From NCBI GenBank assembly GCA_963707915.1, contig OY970178.1:1216001-1280000 (forward strand): 64,000 nt of DNA. The letters run 5' to 3'. The DNA is from Candidatus Eiseniibacteriota bacterium (GTDB lineage Bacteria; Eisenbacteria; RBG-16-71-46). A model generated the notes under the pieces. The model worked only from the letters and a program-made list of their open reading frames with translations. It was not told the origin of the DNA and ran no database searches. Both the position numbers and the translations under genes were made by a program. This document shows, piece by piece, positions 39,213-48,387 of this stretch. Each line of letters starts with the position of its first letter. Position 1 is the stretch's first letter.

Positions 39213-39943
39213 CACTCCCCCCACTGCAACCGGTCGCCCAGGAAGGGCGGCAGCCCGGCGTCCAGGATGCGTTTTCGCGCCGCCAGGAGATCGTAGTCCA
39301 CGCGCACTTGGCGCACCCAGCCGCGCCCGTCGTCCCAGAGGAGATAGCCGGCGCGCGGATCGCCGTCGCGCGGCTGGCCCACGCTCGGCACGATCACCAG
39401 GAAGCGGCCACCCGGGTCGAGCGGGATCTCCGGCTCGCGGCTGAAGACGACCTCGCCGGTGACGCCGTCGAGCCGGTACGCGCCCGGCCGGTGCAGGTGC
39501 CCGACCAGGCAGAGCGGCTCGATGAACGTGTCGAACTCGGCGCGCGCCTCCCCGACCTCCAGCACGTAGTGCCAGGATCGCGGCGCGGACGGCGAGGCGT
39601 GCACCAGCAGCGCGCCCGCGTGGCGGACCGTGATGGGCAGGGACTCCAGGTAGGCCTGGCACGCGGGCGTGAGGACCGTCGCGGTCCAGCGCGCGGCCTG
39701 CGCCGCGTTGGAGCCGAAGCTCCCGAGCCGGATCCGGCCGCACACCGCCACGTCGTGGTTCCCCGCCACCGCCGCCGTGACGACCGGGCGCAGGCGCTCG
39801 ATGCATTCGTTGGGCGAGGCCCCGTAGCCCACGAAGTCGCCGAGGCAGAGGATCTCGCGGGCACCGGACCGCCCGACATCTGCGAGCACCGCCTCGAGCG
39901 CCTCGAGGTTGCTGTGGATGTCCGAGAGGACGGCGCGCAGCAT
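39212..39943 (-). CDS. Calcineurin-like metallophosphoesterase
   Basis: SDIHSN, LGDFVGYG, GNHD, VHASP, GHLH, SVGQPRDGDPRA. Confidence 0.9.
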   Translation of the reverse strand: MLRAVLSDIHSNLEALEAVLADVGRSGAREILCLGDFVGYGASPNECIERLRPVVTAAVAGNHDVAVCGRIRLGSFGSNAAQAARWTATVLTPACQAYLESLPITVRHAGALLVHASPSAPRSWHYVLEVGEARAEFDTFIEPLCLVGHLHRPGAYRLDGVTGEVVFSREPEIPLDPGGRFLVIVPSVGQPRDGDPRAGYLLWDDGRGWVRQVRVDYDLLAARKRILDAGLPPFLGDRLQWGE

Positions 39944-40392
39944 CAGAGCTCTTCCGGACGCAGGCGCCGCGCCACCTGGTCGAGCACGCCGTTGACGAAG
40001 CCCCCCGACTCCGTCGAGCCGTAGCGCCGGGCCAGGTCGATGGCCTCGTCGAGCACCACCCGCGCGGGCGTGCCCGGGCGGGCCATCAGCTCCGCCACCG
40101 CGACGCGCAGGACCGACCGGTCGGTGGCGGCCAGCCGCTCGAGCGGCCAGTGCGCGCAGGCCGCGGCGAGCGTGGCGTCCACTTCGGCCCCGCGGACCTC
40201 GAGCAGCTTCACCACGTCGTCCACCAGTTCCCGCTGGTCGTCGCTCACCGTCGCGTCGGCGCCCACCGCCTTCCAGGTGGCCGCGTAGCCGTCACCCGTG
40301 AGGGCGCCCTGGTAGGCGATCTTGAACGCCAGCTCGCGGGCCTGGCGGCGCGCGGTCGTGCCCGCGCGCGACTTCCGTTCGCGATCGCTCAA
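39943..40392 (-). CDS. nusB: Transcription antitermination factor NusB
   Basis: RRQARELA, WPLERLAATDRSVLR, VVLDEAIDLARRYG, FVNGVLD. Confidence 0.94.
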   Translation of the reverse strand: MSDRERKSRAGTTARRQARELAFKIAYQGALTGDGYAATWKAVGADATVSDDQRELVDDVVKLLEVRGAEVDATLAAACAHWPLERLAATDRSVLRVAVAELMARPGTPARVVLDEAIDLARRYGSTESGGFVNGVLDQVARRLRPEEL

Positions 40393-40862
40393 GGCCGCTC
40401 CCGGCGCAGCCGCGCCATGCGGATCGCGGCCAGCGCGGTCGTGACCCCGGCATGCCCCTTCGCCCCGCCCAGCCGCGCGTCCACCTGCCCGGCGTCGTAG
40501 CAGGCCAGCACGCCGTTCAGCACCGGCACCCCGGTCGCGAGCGAGACGTCGAGCAGGCCCCGCGCGCACTGGTCCGCCACCAGGCGGAAGTGCTCGGTCT
40601 CGCCCTGGATGACGACGCCGAAGGCGAGCACCGCGTGGCAGGCGGGCGGTCCGGACGCCAGCCACTGGGCCGCGAGCGGCAGCTCGAGCGAGCCCGGCAC
40701 CCAGAGGACTTCGATCGCGTCCTGCGCCGCGCCCTGGCGGTGCAGGGTCTCGAGTGCGCCGTCCACCAGGCGCTGCACGTGCTTCTCGTTGAAGCGTGCC
40801 GCCACCACGCCGAAGCGCAGCCCGGTGGCGTCTTCCGCGGCCTGCGTCTCGTACCGGCTCAC
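40389..40862 (-). CDS. ribH: 6,7-dimethyl-8-ribityllumazine synthase
   Basis: [34 protein letters not shown]. Confidence 0.94.
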   Translation of the reverse strand: MSRYETQAAEDATGLRFGVVAARFNEKHVQRLVDGALETLHRQGAAQDAIEVLWVPGSLELPLAAQWLASGPPACHAVLAFGVVIQGETEHFRLVADQCARGLLDVSLATGVPVLNGVLACYDAGQVDARLGGAKGHAGVTTALAAIRMARLRRERP

Positions 40863-42220
40863 GTCTCCCCCAGGTGCAGGCCGAGCAGGTGGCCGAGCTT
40901 GTCGCGCTTGGTCGTGAGGTAGCGCCGGTTGTGCCGGGTCGGCCGGATCCGGATCGGCACGCGCTCGACGATGCGCAGGCCGTAGGCCTCGAGGCCCACG
41001 ACCTTGCGCGGGTTGTTGGTGAGCAACTCGATCTCGCACACCCCCAGGTCGGCCAGGATCTGTGCGCCGATGCCGTAATCGCGCAGGTCGGCCGCGAAGC
41101 CCAGCTTCACGTTGGCCTCGACCGTGTCGAGCCCCTGGTCCTGCAGCGCGTAGGCGCGCAGCTTGTTCGCCAGCCCGATGCCGCGCCCCTCCTGCCGCAG
41201 GTAGAGGAAGACACCCGAACCCCGCCGGGTGATGGCCTTCAGCGCCGCGTGCATCTGGGAGCCGCAGTCGCAGCGCTCCGAGCCGAAGACGTCCCCGGTG
41301 AGGCACTGCGAGTGCACGCGCACCAGGACCGGCCGGCTCTTCGAGATGCGTCCCCGGACCAGCGCCACGTGGTGGTCGCCCTCGAGCGTGCTCTCGTACA
41401 GGTGGAGCATGAAATCGCCCTCGGGCGTCGGCAGCGGCACCGAGACCACCCGCCGCACCAGCTTCTCCTTGTGGCGCCGGTGCTCGATCAGCTGCCGGAT
41501 CGTGAGGATGCCGAGGCCGTGCAGGCGCGCGTAGCGCTGGAGTCCCGCCAGCCGCATCATGTGGCCGTCGTCGGTGAGGATCTCGCACAGCGCGCCGACC
41601 GCGCGCAGGCCGGCGAGCCGGCACAGGTCGGTGACCGCCTCGGTGTGGCCGGCGCGGCGCAGCACCCCACCCGGCACGGCGCGCAGCGGGAAGACGTGGC
41701 CGGGGCGCACCAGGTCCGCGGAGCCCGTGCGCCGGTCGGCCAGCACGCGCAGCGTGCGCGCGCGGTCGAAGGCCGAGGTCCCGGTGGTCGTCCCGCGCCG
41801 CGCGTCCACCGACTCGGTGAAGGGCGTGCCGAACTTCGCGGTGTTGTGCTCCACCATCAACTCGAGGCCGGCGCGCTCCGCCTCGTCCGGGTCCATCGGG
41901 GCGCACAGGATCCCGCGTCCGTGCTTGAGCGCGAAGTTGACCATCTCCGGCGTGGCCTTCTCGGCGGCGAAGATGATGTCGCCCTCGTTCTCGCGGTGGG
42001 CATCATCCACCACGATGATCATCTTCCCCGCCTTGATGCGGGCCACCGCCTGCTCGACCGTGAGGCGGACGTCCGCACTCACGCCCGTGTCCGCGGCCGG
42101 GGCCGTCGCGGGTGCCGGCCGGTGCTGCGCCGCCCGCTTCGCCACCGCGGGCGCCGGCCGGGCGGCCGGGCGCTGCGCCCTCCCGCCCGCCACCTTGCGC
42201 TCCTTCATCGCGCGCTTCAC
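40859..42220 (-). CDS. ribBA: Bifunctional DHBP synthase / GTP cyclohydrolase II
   Basis: [55 protein letters not shown]. Confidence 0.96.
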   Translation of the reverse strand: MKRAMKERKVAGGRAQRPAARPAPAVAKRAAQHRPAPATAPAADTGVSADVRLTVEQAVARIKAGKMIIVVDDAHRENEGDIIFAAEKATPEMVNFALKHGRGILCAPMDPDEAERAGLELMVEHNTAKFGTPFTESVDARRGTTTGTSAFDRARTLRVLADRRTGSADLVRPGHVFPLRAVPGGVLRRAGHTEAVTDLCRLAGLRAVGALCEILTDDGHMMRLAGLQRYARLHGLGILTIRQLIEHRRHKEKLVRRVVSVPLPTPEGDFMLHLYESTLEGDHHVALVRGRISKSRPVLVRVHSQCLTGDVFGSERCDCGSQMHAALKAITRRGSGVFLYLRQEGRGIGLANKLRAYALQDQGLDTVEANVKLGFAADLRDYGIGAQILADLGVCEIELLTNNPRKVVGLEAYGLRIVERVPIRIRPTRHNRRYLTTKRDKLGHLLGLHLGET

Positions 42221-42849
42221 CGCTCACCTCCCCCGCTTCGGGACTCGTCGAACAGCCGCGCCAGGTAGCGCGCCAGGAGATCCACCTCGAGATTCACGCG
42301 GGTGCCGCTCGCGTAGCCGCCCGAGGTCGTGACCTGGAGCGTGTGCGGGATCAGCGCCACCTCGCAGCGGTCGCCCCCCGCGGCCGCGACCGTGAGGCTC
42401 ACGCCGTCCACGGCGAGCGAGCCCTTCTCCGCCACGTAGCGGCGCAGCGGCGGCGGGACCGCGAGGGTCACGCGGACGCCGTCGCCCTCGGGCCGCACCG
42501 CCAGCACCTCGCCGACCCCGTCGACGTGGCCCTGCACCAGGTGCCCGCCGAGGCGCTGCTCGAGCGTGAGCGGCCGCTCCAGGTTCACGACGTCGCCCAC
42601 GCGCAGGCCCCCCAGGGTCGTCCGGCTCAGCGTCTCGGGCACGGCGTCCACGCTGAAGCGACCCGGATCGAGCGCCACGACCGTCAGGCACACGCCGCTC
42701 ACGGCGATGCTGGCGCCGATCTCCGCGTCCGCGAGCACCCCCCGCGCCTCGAACCAGAACCGGCGCCCGGGCCGTGCTTCGCTCGGCCCGCCCGGCCGTT
42801 CCTCGATGCGGTGGACCCTGCCCATCTCCTCGACGATCCCGGTGAACAT
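42217..42849 (-). CDS. ribE: Riboflavin synthase
   Basis: [37 protein letters not shown]. Confidence 0.96.
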   Translation of the reverse strand: MFTGIVEEMGRVHRIEERPGGPSEARPGRRFWFEARGVLADAEIGASIAVSGVCLTVVALDPGRFSVDAVPETLSRTTLGGLRVGDVVNLERPLTLEQRLGGHLVQGHVDGVGEVLAVRPEGDGVRVTLAVPPPLRRYVAEKGSLAVDGVSLTVAAAGGDRCEVALIPHTLQVTTSGGYASGTRVNLEVDLLARYLARLFDESRSGGGER

Positions 42850-43976
42850 CAGCGTCCCCTTCCTTCCAGCTCGACCATCACGAACAAGTCCCCGCCGGCA
42901 CCGCCGCAGGCGCTGATGCGCCCCGGCAACGCGTGCGCCAGCCGCCCGTCGCCGAGCGGCCCGCACCAGTCGAGCCCTCCGGCCCCGAGCACCCGCGGCG
43001 CGGTGAACAGCGCGATGCGGTCCACCAGGCCCGCTCCGAGCCAGGCCGTGCCCAGCTTGGGCCCGCTCTCGAGCAGCACCTCGTAGCGGCCCGTGCGCGC
43101 GAGTCGTCTCGCCAGGGCCCGCGGCGAGACCCGGCCGGCCGCCAGCGGCAGCCGCCAGACCGCGACGCCGCGGCGCTCCAGTTCGGCCGCGCGGGCCGCC
43201 GGCGCCGCCGGCCCGCAGGCCACGACCGTGCCCTTCGCCAGCGCCGGCGCGAAGAGCCTGAGCGTGAGCGGCAGCCGCAACCGCGTGTCGCAGACCACGC
43301 GCAGCGGCTGGCACACGGCCTCCCGCCGGCCCGCAGGACGCGCGGTGAGACGCGGGTCGTCGGCCCGCGCCGTGCCGGCGCCGACGACCACGGCGTCCGC
43401 GCCCGCGCGCAGGCGGTGGACCAGCTCTCGCGCGGCGGGCCCGGTGATCCACTTCGAGCGACCGGCGCGGTCCGCCACCTTGCCGTCCAGGGTGACGGCC
43501 AGCTTCCAGGTCACGCGCGGCAGTCCCGCGCGGTGGGCGCGCCAGTAGCCGCCGAGCGCCTCGCGGGCCTCACGCTCGAGCAATCCGACCGCGACCACGA
43601 TCCCGGCCCGGCGCATCCGGCGCAGGCCCCGGCCGTCGACGATGGCGTGCGGGTCGCGCAGCGCCACGACGCAGCGGCGCACTCCCGCCTCGATGATGGC
43701 CTCCACGCAGGGCGGCGTGCGCCCGTGGTGCGCGCAGGGTTCGAGCGTGCAGTAGAGCGTGGCGCCGCGGGCCTTCGGGCCGGCCTGCCGCAGGGCCACG
43801 ACCTCGGCGTGGTCGGCGCCCGCCCGCTCGTGCCACCCGCTCCCGACCACGCGACCGGCGCGCACCAACAGCGCCCCGACGATCGGGTTGGGACTGGTGC
43901 GGCCCCGTCCCCGTTCGGCCAGGGCCAGCGCGCGCGCCATGAAGCGCGCCTCGTCCGGTCGCGATGAGCGGGCCAT
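42849..43976 (-). CDS. ribD: Riboflavin biosynthesis deaminase/reductase RibD
   Basis: TSPNPIVG, HAE, TLEPCAHHGRTPPC, TLDGK, SKWIT, DDPRLTAR. Confidence 0.96.
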   Translation of the reverse strand: MARSSRPDEARFMARALALAERGRGRTSPNPIVGALLVRAGRVVGSGWHERAGADHAEVVALRQAGPKARGATLYCTLEPCAHHGRTPPCVEAIIEAGVRRCVVALRDPHAIVDGRGLRRMRRAGIVVAVGLLEREAREALGGYWRAHRAGLPRVTWKLAVTLDGKVADRAGRSKWITGPAARELVHRLRAGADAVVVGAGTARADDPRLTARPAGRREAVCQPLRVVCDTRLRLPLTLRLFAPALAKGTVVACGPAAPAARAAELERRGVAVWRLPLAAGRVSPRALARRLARTGRYEVLLESGPKLGTAWLGAGLVDRIALFTAPRVLGAGGLDWCGPLGDGRLAHALPGRISACGGAGGDLFVMVELEGRGR

Positions 43977-43998
43977 GACCCTCCTAGCAATGAGAAGA

Positions 43999-44023
43999 CC
44001 CCGTGGCGTTCGGCACCACGGGG
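43999..44023 (-). terminator. Expression-platform hairpin of FMN riboswitch (terminator-like, weak U tract)
   Basis: CCCCGTGGTG-CCGAA-CGCCACGGGG followed by TCTTCTC, just upstream of the ribD RBS AGGAGG. Confidence 0.55.
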
Positions 44024-44070
44024 CGGTATCGCGGAGCGGCGGCCGGGACAGGAAGCGCCCCGGACCCTCC

Positions 44071-44214
44071 TCCTTCTTCCATCCCGACTGTCACGGTCGG
44101 CCCCGGAATCTCGCCGGGTCTGCGGTCGCATCCGGGCCGCCCAGAACAGCGACACCGCACACGTCCGCTCGCGGGCTATACCGCCGGTGGGGACTCGCAC
44201 CCCGCCCCGAAGGA
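44071..44214 (-). ncRNA. FMN riboswitch (RFN element)
   Basis: TCCTTCGGGGCGGGGTGCGAGTCCCCACCGGCGGTATAGCCCGCGAGCG...CAGACCCGGCGAGATTCCGGGGCCGACCGTGACAGTCGGGATGGAAGAAGGA upstream of ribD. Confidence 0.96.
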
Positions 44215-44228
44215 GCTCAAGCGGGCGG

Positions 44229-44257
44229 AGTCTACCGGGGGCTGCTGGGGGTGTCAA
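44229..44257 (-). promoter_or_regulatory. sigma70 promoter of rib operon
   Basis: TTGACA, 17 bp, TAGACT; ends ~15 nt before the aptamer. Confidence 0.85.
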
Positions 44258-44401
44258 AATCCAGGCCGTCGGGCCTTATGGGCAGGCCACCCAGCCCCGT
44301 CGAACCGCGGCCCACACGTGGACGCGGCCGGCGGCCGCCGGCGCACCGATCGGCCTGCCGGACCCGGCCCGGGGCGGGAAGGCGGGCCCTCGAGGAATGC
44401 G

Positions 44402-44430
44402 TGGACTGCGGCCCGAGGACGGACTACGAT
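44402..44430 (+). promoter_or_regulatory. Putative sigma70 promoter for 44574 gene
   Basis: TGGACT, 17 bp, TACGAT. Confidence 0.6.
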
Positions 44431-44573
44431 TCCTGTGTGGCATTCGGGGTGGGCCCCTCGCTGATAGTAGCTCCGACCCGCCCGGACCCCGGGCTTGCGA
44501 TGCCACGATGGCCCGTCGTGGCGTTTCCCCCGCGTGACCCCCTGGGGCTCGGCCAGCCGCAGGAGGGATTGTC

Positions 44574-45500
44574 ATGGCCCGTTGCGACGCTCGATTCATC
44601 CTTCTCGTCGCGATCGTGCTCTGGTTGTTGGGTGATCCGATCGCTGTCTTCGCCCAGCCCCTTCCCGACGCTCCCGGCCTCGCCGTGGTCGCAGCGGGTC
44701 AGGGCAAAGTGCGCCTCACCGTTACCGCCGGAACCAGCGGAGCGCCCGCCGGATTCACGGTCTCGTGGATGACCGCGGACGACTTCGCCAATAACGGCGG
44801 GACCTGGCCTGAGGGCACGGCGGCCGGGAAGGACGCGGCAGGCTTCACCGGCGTGGCGACGCTGCACACCTGGGGGGCGCCCGAGCGCAGCTTCCAGCTC
44901 GGCCCGAATGAGTCCATCGATACCGAGATCGGCGACCTGTTCGACGAGACCGGCGTCTCGGGCGCCACCGCCGACGAACTCGCGGACGGTGTGGCATACG
45001 TGTTCTGCGTCCGGGCCAACGCGCCAGCGGGAACCGGCGCCAGCGCGCTGTCGGTCACGCGCGCCGCCGCCACTGCGCCCCAGGGTCACGACTGCACCTA
45101 CACCCAGGGCTATTGGAAGAACCACGCACAAGCCTGGCCGGTCACGAGCCTATTGCTCGGCTCGGTCGCCTACACCCAGGCCCAGCTGCTCCAGATCCTC
45201 GACGAGTCGGTGGTCGGGAACGGGCTGGTCTCGCTGGCCCACCAACTCATCGCCGCCCGGCTCAACATCGCCTTCGGCGCGGATCCCGGGGACGCCGCCG
45301 CGGCGATCGCAGCGGCCGACGTGCTCATCGGTTCGCTGGTCGTCCCGCCGGTGGGCAGCGGCAGCCTGCCCAGTTGCGAGGTCAGCACGCTCACCCAGAC
45401 CCTCGACGACTTCAACAACGGCGTCACCGGGCCGGGGCACTGTCCCTCGGTGCCCGCGCACGCGACGACCTGGGGCCGGCTGAAGGGTCTCTATCGTTGA
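44574..45500 (+). CDS. Secreted protein with C-terminal TTWGRLKGLYR putative sorting motif
   Basis: AGGAGG RBS, signal peptide (..AVFA|Q), FN3-like first half, CTYTQGYWKNH domain, tail VPAHATTWGRLKGLYR. Confidence 0.82.
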   Translation: MARCDARFILLVAIVLWLLGDPIAVFAQPLPDAPGLAVVAAGQGKVRLTVTAGTSGAPAGFTVSWMTADDFANNGGTWPEGTAAGKDAAGFTGVATLHTWGAPERSFQLGPNESIDTEIGDLFDETGVSGATADELADGVAYVFCVRANAPAGTGASALSVTRAAATAPQGHDCTYTQGYWKNHAQAWPVTSLLLGSVAYTQAQLLQILDESVVGNGLVSLAHQLIAARLNIAFGADPGDAAAAIAAADVLIGSLVVPPVGSGSLPSCEVSTLTQTLDDFNNGVTGPGHCPSVPAHATTWGRLKGLYR

Positions 45501-45525
45501 CATCGAGTGACGGGCTCGACGGAAT

Positions 45526-45552
45526 CGGCCACCTCCCGACGGGGGGTGGCCG
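45526..45552. terminator. Hairpin between convergent genes (probable terminator)
   Basis: CGGCCACCTCCC-GAC-GGGGGGTGGCCG. Confidence 0.6.
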
Positions 45553-45576
45553 GTCCGTTCCTGCCGGGGATGACGC

Positions 45577-47697
45577 TCAGTCGCGGGTGAGCGGGCGACG
45601 GCGCAGCGCCCGCTGCTCCAGTTCGCCTCCCGGCTGCATCCGGCGAAGGTACTCGAGCAGTTGCAGGCCCTGCTCGTCGCTCCGGGCCGCCGTGCCCGCC
45701 AGCTCGAAGTAGCGCTCCATCGACGGAAGCGCCAGCGGGTAGTTCCCGGCCCGGAGTTGAACGATCGCCCACCGTCGCCAGGCCAGGGGATCCGCGGGCG
45801 TCAACTGGCAGGCGGCCAGGGCCTCCACGGCGCTGACGCCCGACGACGTCATGAGGACGTCCGCCAGCACCCCGTGGGCCTCGGCATCGAGGACGTGGCT
45901 GCGGATCGCGGCATCCAGCTGGCCGGCCGCCCGGAGCGTGTCGCCGGCGGCGAGCAGCCGGCGGGCGTCCGCCGTCTGCGGGCTCGGGCCCGACCGGAGC
46001 GCGAACCCCGCGGCCCGCAGTTCGCGGCGCCCCGCCGCGGTGTCGCCCAGGGCCATCTCCACCCACGCCAGCCAGTAGCCCGCGGATTGCAGGCCGGGGT
46101 GACGCTCCCGGGCCAACTCGAGCACCTCCTTCGCCAGGCCGTACCGCTCGGAGGCCAACTGGGAGGCTGCCACGCTGAAATACACGTTCACGTCCGACTT
46201 CTGCTCGATGAGCGAGTCGTTCCGGGTCATGTAGACGTAGAACGGCCCGCGTCGCGCGCGCTCGGCCGTGAAGTCGTGGAAATAGTACGAGCGCAGGCTG
46301 CTGTCCCGGTAGGCCCAGCGGACCAGGGGGCCGTCGGCGGCCTGCCAGGACGCGAAGACCTGGATGCCGGAGAAGAACAGCGTGCTGCGGTGCGGCATCG
46401 TCGGTCGCAGGCGGCGCAGGTCATCGAGATACCTCGTCACCCACCACATCGAACGGTCGAAGTAGAAGCGGTTGAGGTGCGACTCCGTGCACCACGGGCT
46501 CGGGTCGGTCGCGAAGGTCTCGAGGCGGCGCGCGCGCTCCGAACCCCACGCCACGATCGTGGTGACGACCAGCGCGAGCGCCAGCGGACGACGCGCGAGC
46601 AGCGCCCCCAGCATCAGCGACAGGCCGCACAGCGCGAACAGGTAGTAGTAGGCGCTCCAGATGTGGACCACCAGCACCACCGGGAGCGTGGCCAGCAGCG
46701 CCCACAGCAGGCCCGTGCTCCAGGCGCTCGCCGCGACCGGGCTCTCCGGGGGCTTCCCCCGCGACTCGGGCCGCGCGCGCCCGGCCAGCGCGATCGCCGC
46801 CAGCGCCAGCGCCAGCGGGACGAGCAGGGGCAGCACTCGCGGCAGGCCTGAGGATGGATTCCGGCTCCACTCCGCGCCCAGGAACACCTGCACGAGGTGG
46901 ACCGGCGCGGCGGGGATGGCGTCGAGGCTGAAGTGGATCGTGCCGCCGGGGCGCCCCTTCATGGCCAGCACCCAGAAGACCGCCCACGCCGCCACGACCG
47001 CGCCCAGCGGCCAGAGCCTCGCCACCGCGCGCGTCCAGCGCTCTCCGGGCCGGCGCACCATCCACAGGGCCACGAGCGGCGTCAGGACCACGGTCTCCTT
47101 GGCGAGCAGGCCGAGCCCGAGCGACGCGGCGGCCCAGCCGTTGCGGCCCGCCGCCACCAGGCAGAGCGCGCCCAGCGCGCCCGCCACGGCGATCAGGTCC
47201 TGGCTTCCCGAGGCCCAGCGCACCGGGACGTCCGCCACGTAGTGAAGGGCCAGCACGGAAGCCGCGACGACCGCCGCCCGGGTCCCCGCCAGGCGACGTG
47301 CCAGCACGAAGAGCATGGCCACGATCCCGAGGAAGAGGGCGAGGTTCAGCGCGTGGGCCAGGACCGCCGATTCGCCACCCTGGGCGACAAGCCAGAAGTA
47401 GAGCTGCCGGCCGACCGGGCGCCAGAAGTTGCGCAGCGGGTCCGGCGAGGTCAGCGCCCCCCAGAGGGAGCGGCCCCGCATCTGGTCGAGGAAGAGGTAG
47501 TCGTCGGCGAAGAACGGCAGGCGCAGCGCGGAGACCTGGAGCCACGCCCCCGCCAGCAGCACCAGGGCCAGGACCCCGGCCGGCGCCAGCACGGGGAGCG
47601 CCGCACCCGGCGCACCCGGCGCGACCCGGCGGGCGTCGCGGGGCTGCGCGCCGGGGGGACGCGGGCGACGGGGCTTGTCCTTGCGCGGGCGGGCCAT
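45577..47697 (-). CDS. TMTC/PMT-like GT-C glycosyltransferase with C-terminal TPR-like repeats
   Basis: FFADDYLFL diacidic loop, NFWRPV, HALNLALF, LLAKET, helical repeat tail. Confidence 0.72.
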   Translation of the reverse strand: MARPRKDKPRRPRPPGAQPRDARRVAPGAPGAALPVLAPAGVLALVLLAGAWLQVSALRLPFFADDYLFLDQMRGRSLWGALTSPDPLRNFWRPVGRQLYFWLVAQGGESAVLAHALNLALFLGIVAMLFVLARRLAGTRAAVVAASVLALHYVADVPVRWASGSQDLIAVAGALGALCLVAAGRNGWAAASLGLGLLAKETVVLTPLVALWMVRRPGERWTRAVARLWPLGAVVAAWAVFWVLAMKGRPGGTIHFSLDAIPAAPVHLVQVFLGAEWSRNPSSGLPRVLPLLVPLALALAAIALAGRARPESRGKPPESPVAASAWSTGLLWALLATLPVVLVVHIWSAYYYLFALCGLSLMLGALLARRPLALALVVTTIVAWGSERARRLETFATDPSPWCTESHLNRFYFDRSMWWVTRYLDDLRRLRPTMPHRSTLFFSGIQVFASWQAADGPLVRWAYRDSSLRSYYFHDFTAERARRGPFYVYMTRNDSLIEQKSDVNVYFSVAASQLASERYGLAKEVLELARERHPGLQSAGYWLAWVEMALGDTAAGRRELRAAGFALRSGPSPQTADARRLLAAGDTLRAAGQLDAAIRSHVLDAEAHGVLADVLMTSSGVSAVEALAACQLTPADPLAWRRWAIVQLRAGNYPLALPSMERYFELAGTAARSDEQGLQLLEYLRRMQPGGELEQRALRRRPLTRD

Positions 47698-47703
47698 GCG
47701 CGG

Positions 47704-47709
47704 AGTCTA
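47704..47709 (-). promoter_or_regulatory. -10 box placed for a leaderless transcript
   Basis: TAGACT 6 nt upstream of ATG 47697; no SD sequence. Confidence 0.55.
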
Positions 47710-47753
47710 CGGGAAAGGGAACGCGCGCGGTAGAACGCGCGACGCTCTCCGGG

Positions 47754-48326
47754 CTAGTAGTGCACGGTCGCGCGCACGCTCAGCAGCGTCCAGTCGTCGC
47801 GCGCCCGGAAGGCCACGCGACCGCCCAGCTCGAGGCCCAGCCGCACCGGCGCCGGCTTCGACTTCATCAGCGTCACCTGCGCGGCGAGCGCGCCGGCCGT
47901 CTCGTGCACCGCCAGGTCGCTGAAGCCCGCGCCCCCGCCGGTCACCGAGAGGACGCCCTGCGCGTTGACCAGGCCCGGGCCCAGCGAGACGCGCCGCACC
48001 GGGCCGCGCGCCGGGAGCCAGTGCAGGAACGCGATGACGTCGAAGGCGCTGTAGTCGACGCCGGCGGACAGGCTGCCGCGCTCGAACGTGCGGCTGCCCA
48101 GCAGGGCGTAACCCAGGTCGAGCCCGGCGCGCAGCGTCGGCGCCAGCGGGTAGTCCATGCCGGCCCCGAGGGAGATGGAGCCGCCGGGAGCCTCGGCCGT
48201 GACCAGCTTCGCGTAGCCGATCGAGAGGTGGCCTCCGATCTCGGCGAACCGGGCCGCGGCCAGGGCCGGCGCGGGGACCACGAGCAGCGCGAGCAGCGCC
48301 AGCGCCCTGAACAGGAAACGATTCAT
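47754..48326 (-). CDS. Small outer-membrane beta-barrel protein
   Basis: GGAGG RBS, signal peptide, ~8 alternating strands, C-terminal aromatic (..SVRATVHY). Confidence 0.68.
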   Translation of the reverse strand: MNRFLFRALALLALLVVPAPALAAARFAEIGGHLSIGYAKLVTAEAPGGSISLGAGMDYPLAPTLRAGLDLGYALLGSRTFERGSLSAGVDYSAFDVIAFLHWLPARGPVRRVSLGPGLVNAQGVLSVTGGGAGFSDLAVHETAGALAAQVTLMKSKPAPVRLGLELGGRVAFRARDDWTLLSVRATVHY

Positions 48327-48387
48327 CTTGCCTCCCTCGGGGCCCGCGGCCGGTCGCCGCGACCGTGCGCGGGGCCCGAGCCCGGGT

